A stretch of DNA of 64,000 bases from an uncultured Gammaproteobacteria bacterium (GTDB lineage: Bacteria > Pseudomonadota > Gammaproteobacteria > SZUA-229), in the NCBI GenBank assembly GCA_937998645.1, contig CALLCZ010000052.1, positions 2,724 to 66,723 of the forward strand, given 5' to 3'. The notes under the pieces are model-generated. The model was not told the DNA's origin. It saw only the letters and a list, made by a program, of their open reading frames with translations, and ran no database searches. Both the position numbers and the translations under genes were made by a program. Shown here piece by piece: positions 28,465 to 39,030 of the stretch. How positions within the stretch are numbered: position 1 is the stretch's first letter; each line of letters starts with the position of its first letter.

Positions 28465-29973
28465 ATGCTGTCCAGGCCCGACAAATCGATTCGTGAACGA
28501 TTGGCCAAGCTGGAATCTCATCTTGAAAATGAGAATCCGCTGCTGCTTGATACGGTCATCCGTTTTAAAAAGCTGGATCGTGTTGCCTATCGCATGGGTC
28601 TGCTTAACACCAGCGACTCCTATGCAACACGCATTCCCTGGTGGCCGTTAATCTCGGTACTGGGTACATTCTCAGCAGGAAAGTCTTCATTCATCAATCA
28701 TTTTCTGGGTAAGAAACTGCAGCTGACAGGAAACCAGGCGGTTGATGACAAGTTTTCAGTGATTTGCTATTCGGCGCAGAAAGAGAGCCGGGTGCTGCCA
28801 GGCATTGCACTGGATTCGGATCCGCGCTTCCCGTTCTACCAGATGAGTGACGAAATCGACAAGGTTTCAGAAGGTGAGGGCCGGCGCATCGATGCTTATC
28901 TGCAGATGAAAACATCGGATTCCGAAAAAGTCAGCGGCAAGATTATCATTGATTCACCGGGATTCGACGCAGACGATCAGCGCAACGAAACACTGCGTTT
29001 AACCAATCACATCATCGATATTTCCGACCTGGTGCTGGTGTTCTTCGATGCGCGCCATCCCGAGCCCGGCGCCATGCATGATACGCTTGACCACCTTGTT
29101 GGCGACACCATACGGCGTAATGATTCAGAAAAATTTCTTTATATCCTGAACCAGATGGATACCGCGGCAGGAGAAGATAATCCCGAGGCCGTGGTTGCTG
29201 CATGGCAGAGAGCATTGGCACAAAAAGGCCTCACTGCAGGTCGCTTCTATGCCATCTACAACGAAGAAGTGTCTGTGCCAATTGTTGATGATACGGTCCG
29301 CAAACGATTTCAATCCAAGCGTGATGCTGATCTCACCGAAATATATGAACGTATTCACCAGGTTGAAGTGGAGCGTTCCTACAGGATTATTGGCGCGCTG
29401 GATCATATTGCCACTGATATCGAAAACGTTGTCGTACCTAAGTTGACAGAAATGATGCATCGCTGGATGAAGGCGGTGTTGATTACTGATGCCGTGATAT
29501 TTGGTGGTATTTTGGTACTGATTGCGGTAATCAGTAACTGGATGAACCTGTGGGGTTTGTTCAGTCTGGATTTCACCAATCAGGCCGTGATGTCAACGCT
29601 GAAAGTCACAGCCATATCCGTTGCGGTTATTGTCATCCATTCCAGTGTGCGAAGTTTTGTTGCCAGTCGTCTAGCGAGAAAGCTGGAAACTGAATCTCTC
29701 GCAGGCAACGTCAAGAATGCTTTCCTGAGAAATACACGCCCGATTCGCAGTCTGTTCCATCCGGCCCCCGCGGGATGGTCATCACGCTCCCGACGCATAC
29801 TGGCCGGCGTTGTCGGTGATGCCAGCCGGTTTGTGCAGACGATGAATGACAGGTTCACGAACCCGTCAGGAATTATTGAGGAGTCGCCACAGGCCGAGAT
29901 GCTTAAAGTTGTTGATGCAGAAGACGAGCCGGAAGTTGAACAGGCTAAATCGTCTGCGGATTCGGCGAACTGA
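28465..29973 (+). CDS. Membrane-anchored dynamin-like GTPase
   Basis: 502 aa. Dynamin-type P-loop GTFSAGKSSFINHFLG (compare dynamin GGQSAGKSS). G3 DSPG. G4 NQMD. C-terminal hydrophobic hairpin (AVIFGGILVLIAVISNW ... VTAISVAVIVIHSSV). Confidence 0.75.
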   Translation: MLSRPDKSIRERLAKLESHLENENPLLLDTVIRFKKLDRVAYRMGLLNTSDSYATRIPWWPLISVLGTFSAGKSSFINHFLGKKLQLTGNQAVDDKFSVICYSAQKESRVLPGIALDSDPRFPFYQMSDEIDKVSEGEGRRIDAYLQMKTSDSEKVSGKIIIDSPGFDADDQRNETLRLTNHIIDISDLVLVFFDARHPEPGAMHDTLDHLVGDTIRRNDSEKFLYILNQMDTAAGEDNPEAVVAAWQRALAQKGLTAGRFYAIYNEEVSVPIVDDTVRKRFQSKRDADLTEIYERIHQVEVERSYRIIGALDHIATDIENVVVPKLTEMMHRWMKAVLITDAVIFGGILVLIAVISNWMNLWGLFSLDFTNQAVMSTLKVTAISVAVIVIHSSVRSFVASRLARKLETESLAGNVKNAFLRNTRPIRSLFHPAPAGWSSRSRRILAGVVGDASRFVQTMNDRFTNPSGIIEESPQAEMLKVVDAEDEPEVEQAKSSADSAN

Positions 29974-29996
29974 TCTGGCAGCTCCTGAGCCGGGTT

Positions 29997-30860
29997 CTAC
30001 AGATCTGTAGCCCGACCAATGTTGCGACCCATGTAAACAGCGGCGTCCGCTTTTATACTCTCATCCAGCTCGAAGTTTTCAGTTGTTATCAGTATCACTG
30101 TTGAGCCCAGATTGAACCTGCCCATTTCATCGCCCCGCTTCAGGCTGATTTCTCCGGCTGCATAATCAAATCTTTTTATCCTGCTGCCGATCGTTGTCAC
30201 CAGGCCATGCCAGACGGTCTCGGTTGCTGATACATTGATCGCGCCGACAAGCACCATCACCATGGGGCCGTTCAGGGTTTCAAACTGGCAAACGACGCGT
30301 TCATTTCGTGCAAACAGCCTCGGGATCGCTCTGACCGTGTAGGCTGCAACACTGAACAACCGCCCTGGTATATAGGTCATGTGTTTCAGCTCTGCATCGA
30401 CCGGCATATGAATTCGGTGATAGTCGCGTGGTGAGAGATAGAGTGTCGCAAATTTACCATTGTTGAAAGCCTCGGCCTGTGCTTCATCGCCACCGAGTAA
30501 TTCCAGCAGGGTGTAATCTCGCCCCTTGGCCTGAAATATACGTCCGTTATCGATAGCACCCGCCTGGCTTACCATGCCATCAACAGGGCATACCCAGTTA
30601 CTGTTATCACTGTCCAGTGGACGTGATCCGGGTTTAAGTGCACGGGTAAAAAAAGCGTTCAGACTTTCATAGCTGTACTTGTCGGTGATTTCGGCTTCTT
30701 CCATGTTCACCGAATGCAGTTGCGTGTAAATGCGAATGGCAAAATTTTTGAAAGGCCTGAAGCGAATACGCGCAAGCTTGAATATGCACCATGAAATAGC
30801 ATGATGAGGCAGTATGTAAAACGGCAGCGAGCGCAGCCGCTCATTCAGTGATGCTTTCAT
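29997..30860 (-). CDS. psd: Phosphatidylserine decarboxylase proenzyme
   Basis: 287 aa. Conserved C-terminal self-cleavage motif (FNLGSTVILI, LGST). Psd family similarity throughout. Confidence 0.85.
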   Translation of the reverse strand: MKASLNERLRSLPFYILPHHAISWCIFKLARIRFRPFKNFAIRIYTQLHSVNMEEAEITDKYSYESLNAFFTRALKPGSRPLDSDNSNWVCPVDGMVSQAGAIDNGRIFQAKGRDYTLLELLGGDEAQAEAFNNGKFATLYLSPRDYHRIHMPVDAELKHMTYIPGRLFSVAAYTVRAIPRLFARNERVVCQFETLNGPMVMVLVGAINVSATETVWHGLVTTIGSRIKRFDYAAGEISLKRGDEMGRFNLGSTVILITTENFELDESIKADAAVYMGRNIGRATDL

Positions 30861-30875
30861 ATGTTAGTGTTATTG

Positions 30876-31343
30876 TTAGTGATGGTGGTGATGTGAATGG
30901 TCTTCAACTGAAGATTTTCTGATTTCCAGCTCGATGGCAATCTCAGTGCCATCATCGAATTTCATGCTGCAGCTGGTTTTGTCGCCGGCCATTAAATGAC
31001 GCGCAGGATTGAACAGCATGATGTGATAACCACCTGGCTCAAGCTCCAGCTCTGAACCGGCCGGTATGTTTAATACCTGCTGATGTTCCATGCGCGCCAT
31101 GCCGTCTTTTTCGACTGTGCGATGGAATTCAGCACGTTCAAATTCCCCGCATTGCATGGAAACCGCCTTGCGGTCCTGTTGGGTTTCATTCTCTATTTCC
31201 ATGTAAGCGGCCATGACTTTGCTCACCGGTGGCGCTTCGGCAATCCAGGCATCATCGATTTCGAGTGCGTCATCTGCGATTGCGAAATGGCTGATGAGTA
31301 TTGCAGGAATGAGTATTGTGAGTCTTCGAGTGAATAGCTTCAT
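30876..31343 (-). CDS. Periplasmic copper chaperone PCu(A)C-family protein with C-terminal His5 tail
   Basis: 155 aa. Signal peptide (MKLFTRRLTILIPAILISHFAIA). Cupredoxin-like region with conserved H/M ligand residues (GYHIMLFNPARHLMAGD). Ends DHSHHHHH. Confidence 0.7.
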   Translation of the reverse strand: MKLFTRRLTILIPAILISHFAIADDALEIDDAWIAEAPPVSKVMAAYMEIENETQQDRKAVSMQCGEFERAEFHRTVEKDGMARMEHQQVLNIPAGSELELEPGGYHIMLFNPARHLMAGDKTSCSMKFDDGTEIAIELEIRKSSVEDHSHHHHH

Positions 31344-31394
31344 ATCAGGTGGAGGTTGTCTATAAAATGACGAATTATAACCGAGTCATGCAAT

Positions 31395-32336
31395 ATGCGG
31401 GTTACAATCAACAGAATGAATATTCGCGCAATAGCAGGTGAGCTGCATACCATTCGCGACCTGGTGCGGTGGGGAATGAGCCAGTTCAACAAGGCCGGGC
31501 TGTGTTTCGCCCATGGTATGCCAGATGCAATGGACGAGGCCGTGTACCTGTGCCTGGCAACATTGCACCTTCCACCCGACCTCAGTGATGAGTATTTTGA
31601 CTGCCGCCTGACACATGATGAGAAACGTGCCGTGCTGGAAAATTACAAAATACGCCTTAACCGGCGCAAACCGGCTGCTTACATCACCCGGGAAGCGTGG
31701 TTTGCAGGCCTGAATTTTTATGTTGATGAGCGTGTATTGATCCCCCGTTCGCCGATTGCCGAATTGATACAGCAGCAGTTCTCGCCATGGATTGATCATG
31801 ACGATGTCAGGCGCGTGCTCGATTTATGCACCGGCAGCGGCTGTATTGCCGTTGCCTGTGCCTATGCCTTCGAGCAGGCAGGCATAGTCGCCAGTGATAT
31901 GTCAACGGATGCGCTTGATGTTGCCGCTATCAATCGAAGCAACCATGGGCTTGAAGACCGCCTGCAGCTGATTGAATCGGATTTGTTCGAAAATATACCT
32001 CGGCAAAAATTCGATATCATCGTCTCCAACCCGCCATATGTCTCAGAACAGGAAATGGCCGCGCTGGACAAGGAATTCAGCTTTGAACCAGACAGTGGCC
32101 TGGTCGCAGGAAAAGCGGGCATGGATATCGTTGTACCCATGTTGCAGCAGGCCGGAGACTATCTGTCAGATCACGGCATTCTGGTAGTGGAAGTCGGCTA
32201 TTCAATGCCGGCACTGGTGCAGCTGCTGCCCGAGGTGCCGTTTACCTGGCTGGAGTTTGCGCATGGCGGTGAAGGTGTATTTCTGCTGACAGCAGAACAG
32301 CTGCGTGCCAGCAAGCAGATGTTCGAAGCTTTGTGA
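31395..32336 (+). CDS. prmB: 50S ribosomal protein L3 glutamine N5-methyltransferase PrmB
   Basis: 313 aa. HemK-family SAM methyltransferase with NPPY motif (IVSNPPYVSEQEM). Adjacent to aroC, as in E. coli (prmB/yfcB-aroC). Confidence 0.85.
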   Translation: MRVTINRMNIRAIAGELHTIRDLVRWGMSQFNKAGLCFAHGMPDAMDEAVYLCLATLHLPPDLSDEYFDCRLTHDEKRAVLENYKIRLNRRKPAAYITREAWFAGLNFYVDERVLIPRSPIAELIQQQFSPWIDHDDVRRVLDLCTGSGCIAVACAYAFEQAGIVASDMSTDALDVAAINRSNHGLEDRLQLIESDLFENIPRQKFDIIVSNPPYVSEQEMAALDKEFSFEPDSGLVAGKAGMDIVVPMLQQAGDYLSDHGILVVEVGYSMPALVQLLPEVPFTWLEFAHGGEGVFLLTAEQLRASKQMFEAL

Positions 32337-32394
32337 TTTGATGTTAACATCGCCTCCTCAATAACCGTTCCTCAACCAAAGATTCGAATTCATC

Positions 32395-33495
32395 ATGTCC
32401 GGCAATACGATAGGCAAGTTGTTTACAGTTACTACAAGTGGCGAGTCACATGGCCCTGCCTTGCTTGGCATCATCGATGGCTGTCCGCCGGGCCTGTCAC
32501 TGTCAGAACAGGATCTGCAGCTCGACCTTGATCGGCGCAAACCCGGCACTTCGCGCCATACCACGCAGCGGCGAGAACCGGACCAGGTGAAAATCCTGTC
32601 GGGTGTGTTTGAGGGCAGGACAACCGGAACCAGTATCGGCCTGATGATTGAGAACGTGGATCAGCGTTCGAAAGACTACAGCAATATCATGAATACGTTC
32701 CGCCCCGGCCACGCTGATTACAGCTATCAGCAGAAATATGGTTTCAGGGACTACCGCGGCGGCGGGCGATCCTCAGCACGTGAAACCGCGATGCGCGTTG
32801 CAGCCGGCGCCATCGCGAAGAAATACCTTGCGGACAGCTTTGGCATAAAAATTTATGGCTATTTGTCCCAGCTCGGTCCCATCAGGGCTGAAAAAATAGA
32901 TCCTGCTGAAGCCGAAAACAATCCTTTCTTCTGCCCGGATGTTGACAAGGTGGCGGAGATGGAAGCCTACATGGATGCCTTGCGCAAGGAAGGTGATTCC
33001 GTAGGTGCAAAAATTACAGCCATTGCTGAAGGCGTCCCACCGGGTCTGGGTGAGCCGGTGTTTGACCGCCTGGATGCAGATATCGCGCAGGCGATGATGG
33101 CGATCAATGCAGCCAAGGGTGTCGAGATCGGTGATGGCTTTGGCTGTGTCGCTGCCAAAGGCACCGCATTCAGGGATGAAATAACACCGGACGGATTCCT
33201 CAGTAATCATGCCGGCGGCATACTCGGCGGTATCTCTTCCGGTCAGAACATTGTCGCACATACGGCATTCAAGCCGACGTCCAGCTTGCGCCTGCCGGGG
33301 CGTACGATTGATATCGACGGTAATGCGGCCGAAGTCGTGACCACGGGCCGTCATGATCCCTGTGTTGGTATCCGGGCAACACCGATCTGTGAGGCAATGC
33401 TCGCGATCGTCATCATGGACCATATGCTGCGTTTTCGAGCGCAATGTGCAGACGTACAGTCTCAAACGCCTATCATTCCTGCAGGTGCAGATTAA
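32395..33495 (+). CDS. aroC: Chorismate synthase
   Basis: 366 aa. [34 protein letters not shown]..., [11 protein letters not shown]; classic AroC signatures. Confidence 0.95.
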   Translation: MSGNTIGKLFTVTTSGESHGPALLGIIDGCPPGLSLSEQDLQLDLDRRKPGTSRHTTQRREPDQVKILSGVFEGRTTGTSIGLMIENVDQRSKDYSNIMNTFRPGHADYSYQQKYGFRDYRGGGRSSARETAMRVAAGAIAKKYLADSFGIKIYGYLSQLGPIRAEKIDPAEAENNPFFCPDVDKVAEMEAYMDALRKEGDSVGAKITAIAEGVPPGLGEPVFDRLDADIAQAMMAINAAKGVEIGDGFGCVAAKGTAFRDEITPDGFLSNHAGGILGGISSGQNIVAHTAFKPTSSLRLPGRTIDIDGNAAEVVTTGRHDPCVGIRATPICEAMLAIVIMDHMLRFRAQCADVQSQTPIIPAGAD

Positions 33496-33737
33496 TACTG
33501 CCTGATGATGAGCCGCATATTGCACAAAGGCGGACACAATGTGACAGATGTTGATTGAGATTGTAATCAGCTACCGCGATTTAATGCTTACACAGCTAGT
33601 CCTATTTGGCTTTATGAATAACCTGGCGTCACATCTTGAACGATCCCCCTTGATCCATAGCTATTGCTATGAATCCGCGGGCGATCGTCCAACCTGTTTA
33701 GCCAGGTTGTCCAAAAATTCCAAATCCTTCATGCAAT

Positions 33738-34910
33738 ATGCGGCTTAATGGTTCAACGCCTTACTGGCGTCTCTCCAGCTTTTACTTCTTCTATTTCGCA
33801 TCGCTGGGTGCACTGATACCGTACTGGAGCCTGTACCTCAAGTCGCTTGATTACAGTGCGCAGTCAATCGGCATATTGATGGCGATTATTCCTGCGACCA
33901 AGATAGTTGCGCCTTATTTGTGGGGCTGGCTGGCAGACCACACCCGGCACCCGATCGCAATCATCCGGCTGGCAAATCTGCTCGCCGTGGTGACATTCGC
34001 CGGCGTGTTCGTCGATACCGGTTTTATCTGGCTGTCGCTGGTTTTGCTCGCTTTCAGTTTTTTCTGGAATTCATCCTTGCCCCTGTTCGAGGCCATGACA
34101 CTGAATCATCTCGGTGATGATGAACACAGGTACAGCGCTGTCAGACTGTGGGGCTCTCTCGGTTTCATTATGATGGTTGTGCTTCTCGGCAAGTATTTCG
34201 ATATGACCAGCATCGACCGGGCGCCGCTCGTTATTGTTATTCTGCTTGCAGGCATATTACTGGTCAGCCTGATCGTGCCTGAACGCCTGAGTACGCATCA
34301 TGAAGGCCAGGTGCCAATCATTCACGTGATACGCGAACCCGTGGTACTGGCATTTCTGCTGGTTTGTTTTCTGATGCTGATGAGCCACGGACCGTATTAC
34401 ACCTTCTACAGTATCTACCTGGAAAGCCATGGTTACAGTCGAGGTATGATCGGCCTGCTGTGGGCGATCGGCGTGATGGCTGAAGTCATCGTGTTCCTGA
34501 TGATGCACAGATTGCTGCTGACAATCGACATGCGTAAATTACTTCTGATAACTTTTCTGTTAACGGCGTTGCGCTGGGTATTGATCGGTTTTTTTGTTGA
34601 TAATCTTTCCGTGCTGTTCTTTGCACAGCTGTTTCACGCATTCAGCTTTGGTGTTTTTCATGCGGTCAGTATATCGCTGGTACATCGCTTCTTTACCGGC
34701 CGGCACCAGGGGCGGGGCCAGGCATTATATGCAAGTCTGAGTTTCGGTGCAGGCGGAGCGGCGGGCAGTTTACTCAGCGGCCTGTTGTGGGACCGGATAG
34801 ATCATGCCTGGTTGTTCAGTCTTGCGGCTGCTGTTGCGATCATTGCCTTTCTCATCGTATGGCGCTTTATTCACTTCACGACTCATCGGAATACTTCATC
34901 AGCTGGCTGA
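33738..34910 (+). CDS. MFS-family transporter (12 TM)
   Basis: 390 aa, highly hydrophobic with 12 predicted TM segments. Major-facilitator-like loop motifs. Substrate unknown. Confidence 0.8.
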   Translation: MRLNGSTPYWRLSSFYFFYFASLGALIPYWSLYLKSLDYSAQSIGILMAIIPATKIVAPYLWGWLADHTRHPIAIIRLANLLAVVTFAGVFVDTGFIWLSLVLLAFSFFWNSSLPLFEAMTLNHLGDDEHRYSAVRLWGSLGFIMMVVLLGKYFDMTSIDRAPLVIVILLAGILLVSLIVPERLSTHHEGQVPIIHVIREPVVLAFLLVCFLMLMSHGPYYTFYSIYLESHGYSRGMIGLLWAIGVMAEVIVFLMMHRLLLTIDMRKLLLITFLLTALRWVLIGFFVDNLSVLFFAQLFHAFSFGVFHAVSISLVHRFFTGRHQGRGQALYASLSFGAGGAAGSLLSGLLWDRIDHAWLFSLAAAVAIIAFLIVWRFIHFTTHRNTSSAG

Positions 34911-35751
34911 TCATTGCGTTGGCTGCGTTAGATTTCGTTCTCATACTATGAACAACGATGCCAAGCCGGCGTGTTGTACGTGCATGTTTGATATCGAGTG
35001 CAGCCAGGGTTTTGTCGAGCATTGATGATGGCAGCATGCTCCAGCCCAGCCCCGCCTGTACCATGGCTTTTATGGTTTCCAGGTAATGGGTTTCAAGCAG
35101 CGTGCTGACCGATTCATCAAGACCCAGTGCAGCATCGATCAGCTTGCGGGTGTAAGTGCCCCTGGATGGCAGAATGGCGTCATGATTGAGCAGCTGTTTA
35201 ATGCTTAACCTGCTTTTTGCGGCCAGTGGGTGCTGTTTTGAAACCACGACACATAAGGGATCATTCCATACGGGCTTCATTTCGAGACGGTCATTATCCT
35301 CGCCGGGCAAGGTGATGACAGCCAGTTCAATATCGCCGTTGATGATCTGCTGACAGGCTTCTTCCGAATCCATAAAGCTCAGCTTCAACTCAACATCCGG
35401 GTAGTTTTTAGAAAACGCGCGTAGCACCGGCGGCAATCGATGCAGACCGATATGATGGCTGGTGGCGAGGTTCAGAATCCCGCTGGTGGTCTCGCGCAGA
35501 TTGCTGATGATGCGCCGGCTCTCGGTGATTTCGGCAATAATGCGCCTGCAACTGGGGAGCAGGGCGTGGCCGGCTTCTGTCAGGCGAACGCTTTTACCGA
35601 TGCGGTCGAACAGGGTAATGCCGAGCGAATGCTCGAGCGCCTGTATCCGCTTGCTGACGGCAGGCTGTGTCAGGAACAGGGTATCTGCCGCGCGGGAGAA
35701 CGAGCCCGTATCGCTGACGGTGAGAAATGCCTGTATGCCCTGGATGTCCAT
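34876..35751 (-). CDS. LysR-family transcriptional regulator, divergent from leuCD
   Basis: 291 aa. N-terminal wHTH (FSRAADTLFLTQPAVSKRIQALE). LysR substrate-binding domain. Divergent from leuC, the position occupied by a LysR regulator in Pseudomonas-type leu loci. Confidence 0.85.
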   Translation of the reverse strand: MDIQGIQAFLTVSDTGSFSRAADTLFLTQPAVSKRIQALEHSLGITLFDRIGKSVRLTEAGHALLPSCRRIIAEITESRRIISNLRETTSGILNLATSHHIGLHRLPPVLRAFSKNYPDVELKLSFMDSEEACQQIINGDIELAVITLPGEDNDRLEMKPVWNDPLCVVVSKQHPLAAKSRLSIKQLLNHDAILPSRGTYTRKLIDAALGLDESVSTLLETHYLETIKAMVQAGLGWSMLPSSMLDKTLAALDIKHARTTRRLGIVVHSMRTKSNAANAMISQLMKYSDES

Positions 35752-35895
35752 GTTCTTTAGGCCCTGTTGTCCGGGTGAATGTCGTATAACAAATAGTAAT
35801 AGTTTATATGAAAATAATGAATTTGTATTATGTGATATTCTGAATTAGTCTTGCTTCTTATTGACGCCAACAGAACTAACGGAAACGTATAAACA

Positions 35896-37311
35896 ATGAC
35901 TGCCAGAACGCTTTACGACAAGCTGTGGGATGACCATGTGGTGCGGACTGAGGACGATGGCACCGCATTACTTTATATCGACCGTCACCTTGTGCACGAA
36001 GTCACATCGCCCCAGGCTTTTGAGGGCTTGCGCATTGCAGGCCGCAAACCATGGCGAACTGACTCTGTACTCGCGGTGCCTGATCATAATGTACCGACAA
36101 CGGATCGCAGTGCGGGTATAGAAGACCCGGTGGCGCGCCTGCAGGTCAAGACCCTGGACAATAACTGCAGCGAATTCGGATTGACCGAGTTTGATATGTC
36201 TGACATACGCCAGGGTATCGTGCATGTTATCGGGCCTGAGCAGGGTGCGACATTGCCGGGCATGACCGTTGTTTGCGGTGATTCCCATACTTCCACCCAC
36301 GGTGCTTTCGGTGCGCTGGCATTCGGTATCGGCACCTCCGAGGTCGAGCATGTGCTTGCTACGCAGTGCCTGCTGCAGAAGAAAAGTAAAAACATGCTGG
36401 TATCCGTCGATGGTCATGTGAATGAAGGCATCACCGCAAAAGATATTGTGCTGGCGATCATCGGTGAAATCGGTACCGCCGGCGGCACCGGGTTTGCCAT
36501 CGAGTTTGGCGGCGATGCGATACGTGCGCTCAGCATGGAAGGGCGCATGACCGTGTGCAACATGGCGATCGAAGCGGGTGCACGTGCCGGCATGGTTGGT
36601 GTTGATGCCACAACGATTGATTACGTAAACAACAGGCCGTATGCGCCGCAGGGCGAGATGCGTGATCGTGCGATTGAAAACTGGCAGCAGCTGCACTCGG
36701 ATAGCGACGCCGTTTTCGACAAAGTCGTGCATATTGATGCGGCCAGCATCAGGCCGCAGGTGACCTGGGGTACTTCCCCGGAGATGGTTGTGGCTATAGA
36801 TGCAGGGGTACCGGACCCTGATACGGTGAAAGACCGTGTTAAAGCGGATGGCATGCGCAAGGCGCTCGCCTACATGGGGCTGGAGGCGGGCATGCCGATC
36901 AACCGCATTGCTGTCGACAAAGTCTTTATCGGCTCATGCACCAATTCGCGTATCGAGGACTTGCGGGCTGCCGCAAAAGTAGCGCAGGGCAGAAAAGTCG
37001 CGAATAACATCAAGCTCGCCATGGTCGTGCCGGGTTCGGGGCTGGTAAAACAACAGGCCGAAAAGGAAGGGCTCGACAAGGTGTTCCTCGAGGCCGGGTT
37101 TGAATGGCGTGAACCGGGTTGCTCGATGTGCCTGGCGATGAATGCGGACAGGCTGGAACCGGGCGAACGTTGCGCATCAACGTCTAACAGGAATTTTGAA
37201 GGTCGACAGGGCCAGGGCGGGCGCACGCACCTGGTGAGCCCGGCGATGGCGGCCGCGGCTGCAGTAGCGGGCCATTTTGTCGATGTTAATGACTTGATGT
37301 CACACAACTGA
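35896..37311 (+). CDS. leuC: 3-isopropylmalate dehydratase large subunit
   Basis: 471 aa. Aconitase-family Fe-S ligands ([34 protein letters not shown]). Confidence 0.95.
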   Translation: MTARTLYDKLWDDHVVRTEDDGTALLYIDRHLVHEVTSPQAFEGLRIAGRKPWRTDSVLAVPDHNVPTTDRSAGIEDPVARLQVKTLDNNCSEFGLTEFDMSDIRQGIVHVIGPEQGATLPGMTVVCGDSHTSTHGAFGALAFGIGTSEVEHVLATQCLLQKKSKNMLVSVDGHVNEGITAKDIVLAIIGEIGTAGGTGFAIEFGGDAIRALSMEGRMTVCNMAIEAGARAGMVGVDATTIDYVNNRPYAPQGEMRDRAIENWQQLHSDSDAVFDKVVHIDAASIRPQVTWGTSPEMVVAIDAGVPDPDTVKDRVKADGMRKALAYMGLEAGMPINRIAVDKVFIGSCTNSRIEDLRAAAKVAQGRKVANNIKLAMVVPGSGLVKQQAEKEGLDKVFLEAGFEWREPGCSMCLAMNADRLEPGERCASTSNRNFEGRQGQGGRTHLVSPAMAAAAAVAGHFVDVNDLMSHN

Positions 37312-37321
37312 GAGAAAAGAA

Positions 37322-37954
37322 ATGCAGGCATTTACCAGACATAGTGGAATCGTGGCGCCTCTCGACCGGCCTAATGTCGATACTGACGCGATTATTCCAA
37401 AACAGTATCTGAAATCGATTAAACGCAGCGGTTTTGGTCCGAATGCATTCGATGACTGGCGCTACCTGGATGAAGGCGGACCGGACATCGATGATTCAAC
37501 ACGCCGCATTAATCCGGAATTCATTCTCAATCAGCAGCCGTATGACAGGGCGACGGTCCTGCTTGCGCGGGAAAATTTCGGCTGCGGCTCATCACGTGAG
37601 CATGCGGTGTGGGCACTGACAGACTTCGGTTTTCGTGCCGTTATTGCCCCGGGTTTCGCTGATATATTTTTTAATAACAGTTTCAAGAACGGTTTGCTGC
37701 CTATCACCCTTGACAGCGCTGTTGTCGATAGTCTTTTCGGCAAGGTTCAACAAAACAGGGGTATTGAATTTACGATTGATCTCGAGTCACAGACTGTAAC
37801 TGCGGGTGAAGATGTTTATGCTTTTGAGATTGATGAATTCAAAAAATATTGTATGTTGAACGGGCTTGATGATATCGGCCTGACTTTACAGCATGCGGAT
37901 CAGATCACAGCGTACGAACAGGAAAGAAAACAGAAGTTACCATGGTTGTTCTGA
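37322..37954 (+). CDS. leuD: 3-isopropylmalate dehydratase small subunit
   Basis: 210 aa. Aconitase swivel domain. Immediately follows leuC. Confidence 0.95.
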   Translation: MQAFTRHSGIVAPLDRPNVDTDAIIPKQYLKSIKRSGFGPNAFDDWRYLDEGGPDIDDSTRRINPEFILNQQPYDRATVLLARENFGCGSSREHAVWALTDFGFRAVIAPGFADIFFNNSFKNGLLPITLDSAVVDSLFGKVQQNRGIEFTIDLESQTVTAGEDVYAFEIDEFKKYCMLNGLDDIGLTLQHADQITAYEQERKQKLPWLF

Positions 37955-38056
37955 TGGTGTGTAAAAAATAATAAGGCTCTTCACTGAATCGAGCAGGTAA
38001 ACTTCAGATGTTAGCCACAGCGGTCACGGAGAACACAGAGGTATTTAGTTTTGTAG

Positions 38057-38116
38057 GAGCGGCTTCAGCCGCGAACAATCTGTCAGATCGCGATGAATTC
38101 GCGGCTGAAGCCGCTA
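38057..38116. other. Strong hairpin (18-bp perfect stem, 22-nt loop) downstream of leuD
   Basis: agcggcttcagccgcgaa-caatctgtcagatcgcgatgaa-ttcgcggctgaagccgct. It lies inside the 80-codon ORF 38008-38250, which is probably spurious. Confidence 0.5.
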
Positions 38117-38246
38117 CGTTTACTGCGGACCAGATCAAAACAACAAAACAAGCATTTGTCTCTGTGCCTCTGTGGCAAAATTATTTATCGTATCAACCCA
38201 CCAGGTCTGGTGAAGACACAGTAATAAAAAATTCTCAGGTGCATAA

Positions 38247-38810
38247 ATGAACTATTCGAAACCCGGATTACACATTGTCCGGCAAATTGTTTTGCTGTCA
38301 GCAGTATTGGTGGCAACAGCATGCTCGAACAAGGCATCAACATTTGTACCCGCAGCGCAGGATGCAGACAAGGGTTCGGTTGTTTACATCTATCGCCCAT
38401 CCAGTTCAACAAACTTCATGATGTCGCCGAAAGTGGTCATCGACGGCAATGAAAAATTCAAGATCGGAAGCGGTGATTATCGCTATGTATACCTTCAATC
38501 CGGCAGGCACACGCTAGGCCTGAACCCGACCGATCAGTACATGACGGATGCTGCGCTGGAGCTGACAGTCGAAACAGATGAAAGCTATTACCTGCGTGTT
38601 AACACCTCACTGAAGTTCGAGCCGGACAGTATGAATACACGCAGGTTCTGGTTTGAACAGGTCACAGAAAAACAGGCGCTCGAGGAAATCGGCGATACCG
38701 GGTATGCGGGGCCGATACAGCAGACCATAGCAGACCCGGCCGAAGAGGCTGGAACCGGTGATGGTTTTTCCGTCGATAAAACACGGGACCCGTTTTCGGG
38801 TAAAGATTAA
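38247..38810 (+). CDS. Putative lipoprotein (unknown function)
   Basis: 187 aa. Lipobox LVATAC after a signal peptide (MNYSKPGLHIVRQIVLLSAVLVATACS). Lies between leuD and leuB. Confidence 0.6.
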   Translation: MNYSKPGLHIVRQIVLLSAVLVATACSNKASTFVPAAQDADKGSVVYIYRPSSSTNFMMSPKVVIDGNEKFKIGSGDYRYVYLQSGRHTLGLNPTDQYMTDAALELTVETDESYYLRVNTSLKFEPDSMNTRRFWFEQVTEKQALEEIGDTGYAGPIQQTIADPAEEAGTGDGFSVDKTRDPFSGKD

Positions 38811-38832
38811 ATACCAGAAACTTGCAGTTTTT

Positions 38833-39030
38833 GTTTCTCGCCAAGGCGCAAAGAGCGCAAAGGTGTTTTGGGTAAGAGCAGATTAAACATTTAAGTTCTC
38901 TGCGGCCTCAGCGACTCTGCGAGAAAAAAATAAATATAATCTCGCGGAGGCGCAGGGGTCGCAGAGGTATCTGGAATAAGAACAAACCAGACATAGAGGT
39001 TCTTGGCGGCCTTGGCGCCTTTGCGAGAGT
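38833..39030. repeat. Two tandem intergenic inverted-repeat elements (copies 3a and 3b) in the lipoprotein-leuB gap
   Basis: 3a: ttctcgccaaggcgcaaagagcgcaaagg ... cctcagcgactctgcgagaa. 3b: ctcgcggaggcgcaggggtcgcagagg ... cttggcggccttggcgcctttgcgagag. Same architecture and the same (a/c)aggcgc / gcgca(a/g)agg word family as the other copies. Confidence 0.7.

Noticed and set aside
29997-30010. Perfect 14-bp palindrome ctacagatctgtag at the dynamin-gene / psd convergent junction as a terminator
   Set aside because: The stem is only 7 bp with no loop and no flanking U-run, and it is simply the last codons and stop of psd (ACA GAT CTG TAG). It is too weak to call.
30876-30896. C-terminal HHHHH on the PCuAC-like copper chaperone looked like an engineered His-tag
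   Set aside because: It is preceded by native-looking SVEDHS and followed directly by a genomic stop and normal intergenic DNA. His/Met-rich tails are common on periplasmic copper proteins, and there is no vector sequence.
33548-33748. 66-aa ORF in the aroC-MFS gap and 67-aa ORF 56259-56462 in the island leader
   Set aside because: No RBS and hydrophobic or low-complexity translations. The second lies inside the inverted-repeat leader element. Both are treated as non-coding.
38008-38250. 80-codon ORF between leuD and the lipoprotein gene
   Set aside because: An 18-bp-stem hairpin occupies codons ~17-36. The region is better explained as a structured non-coding element, and there is no RBS.
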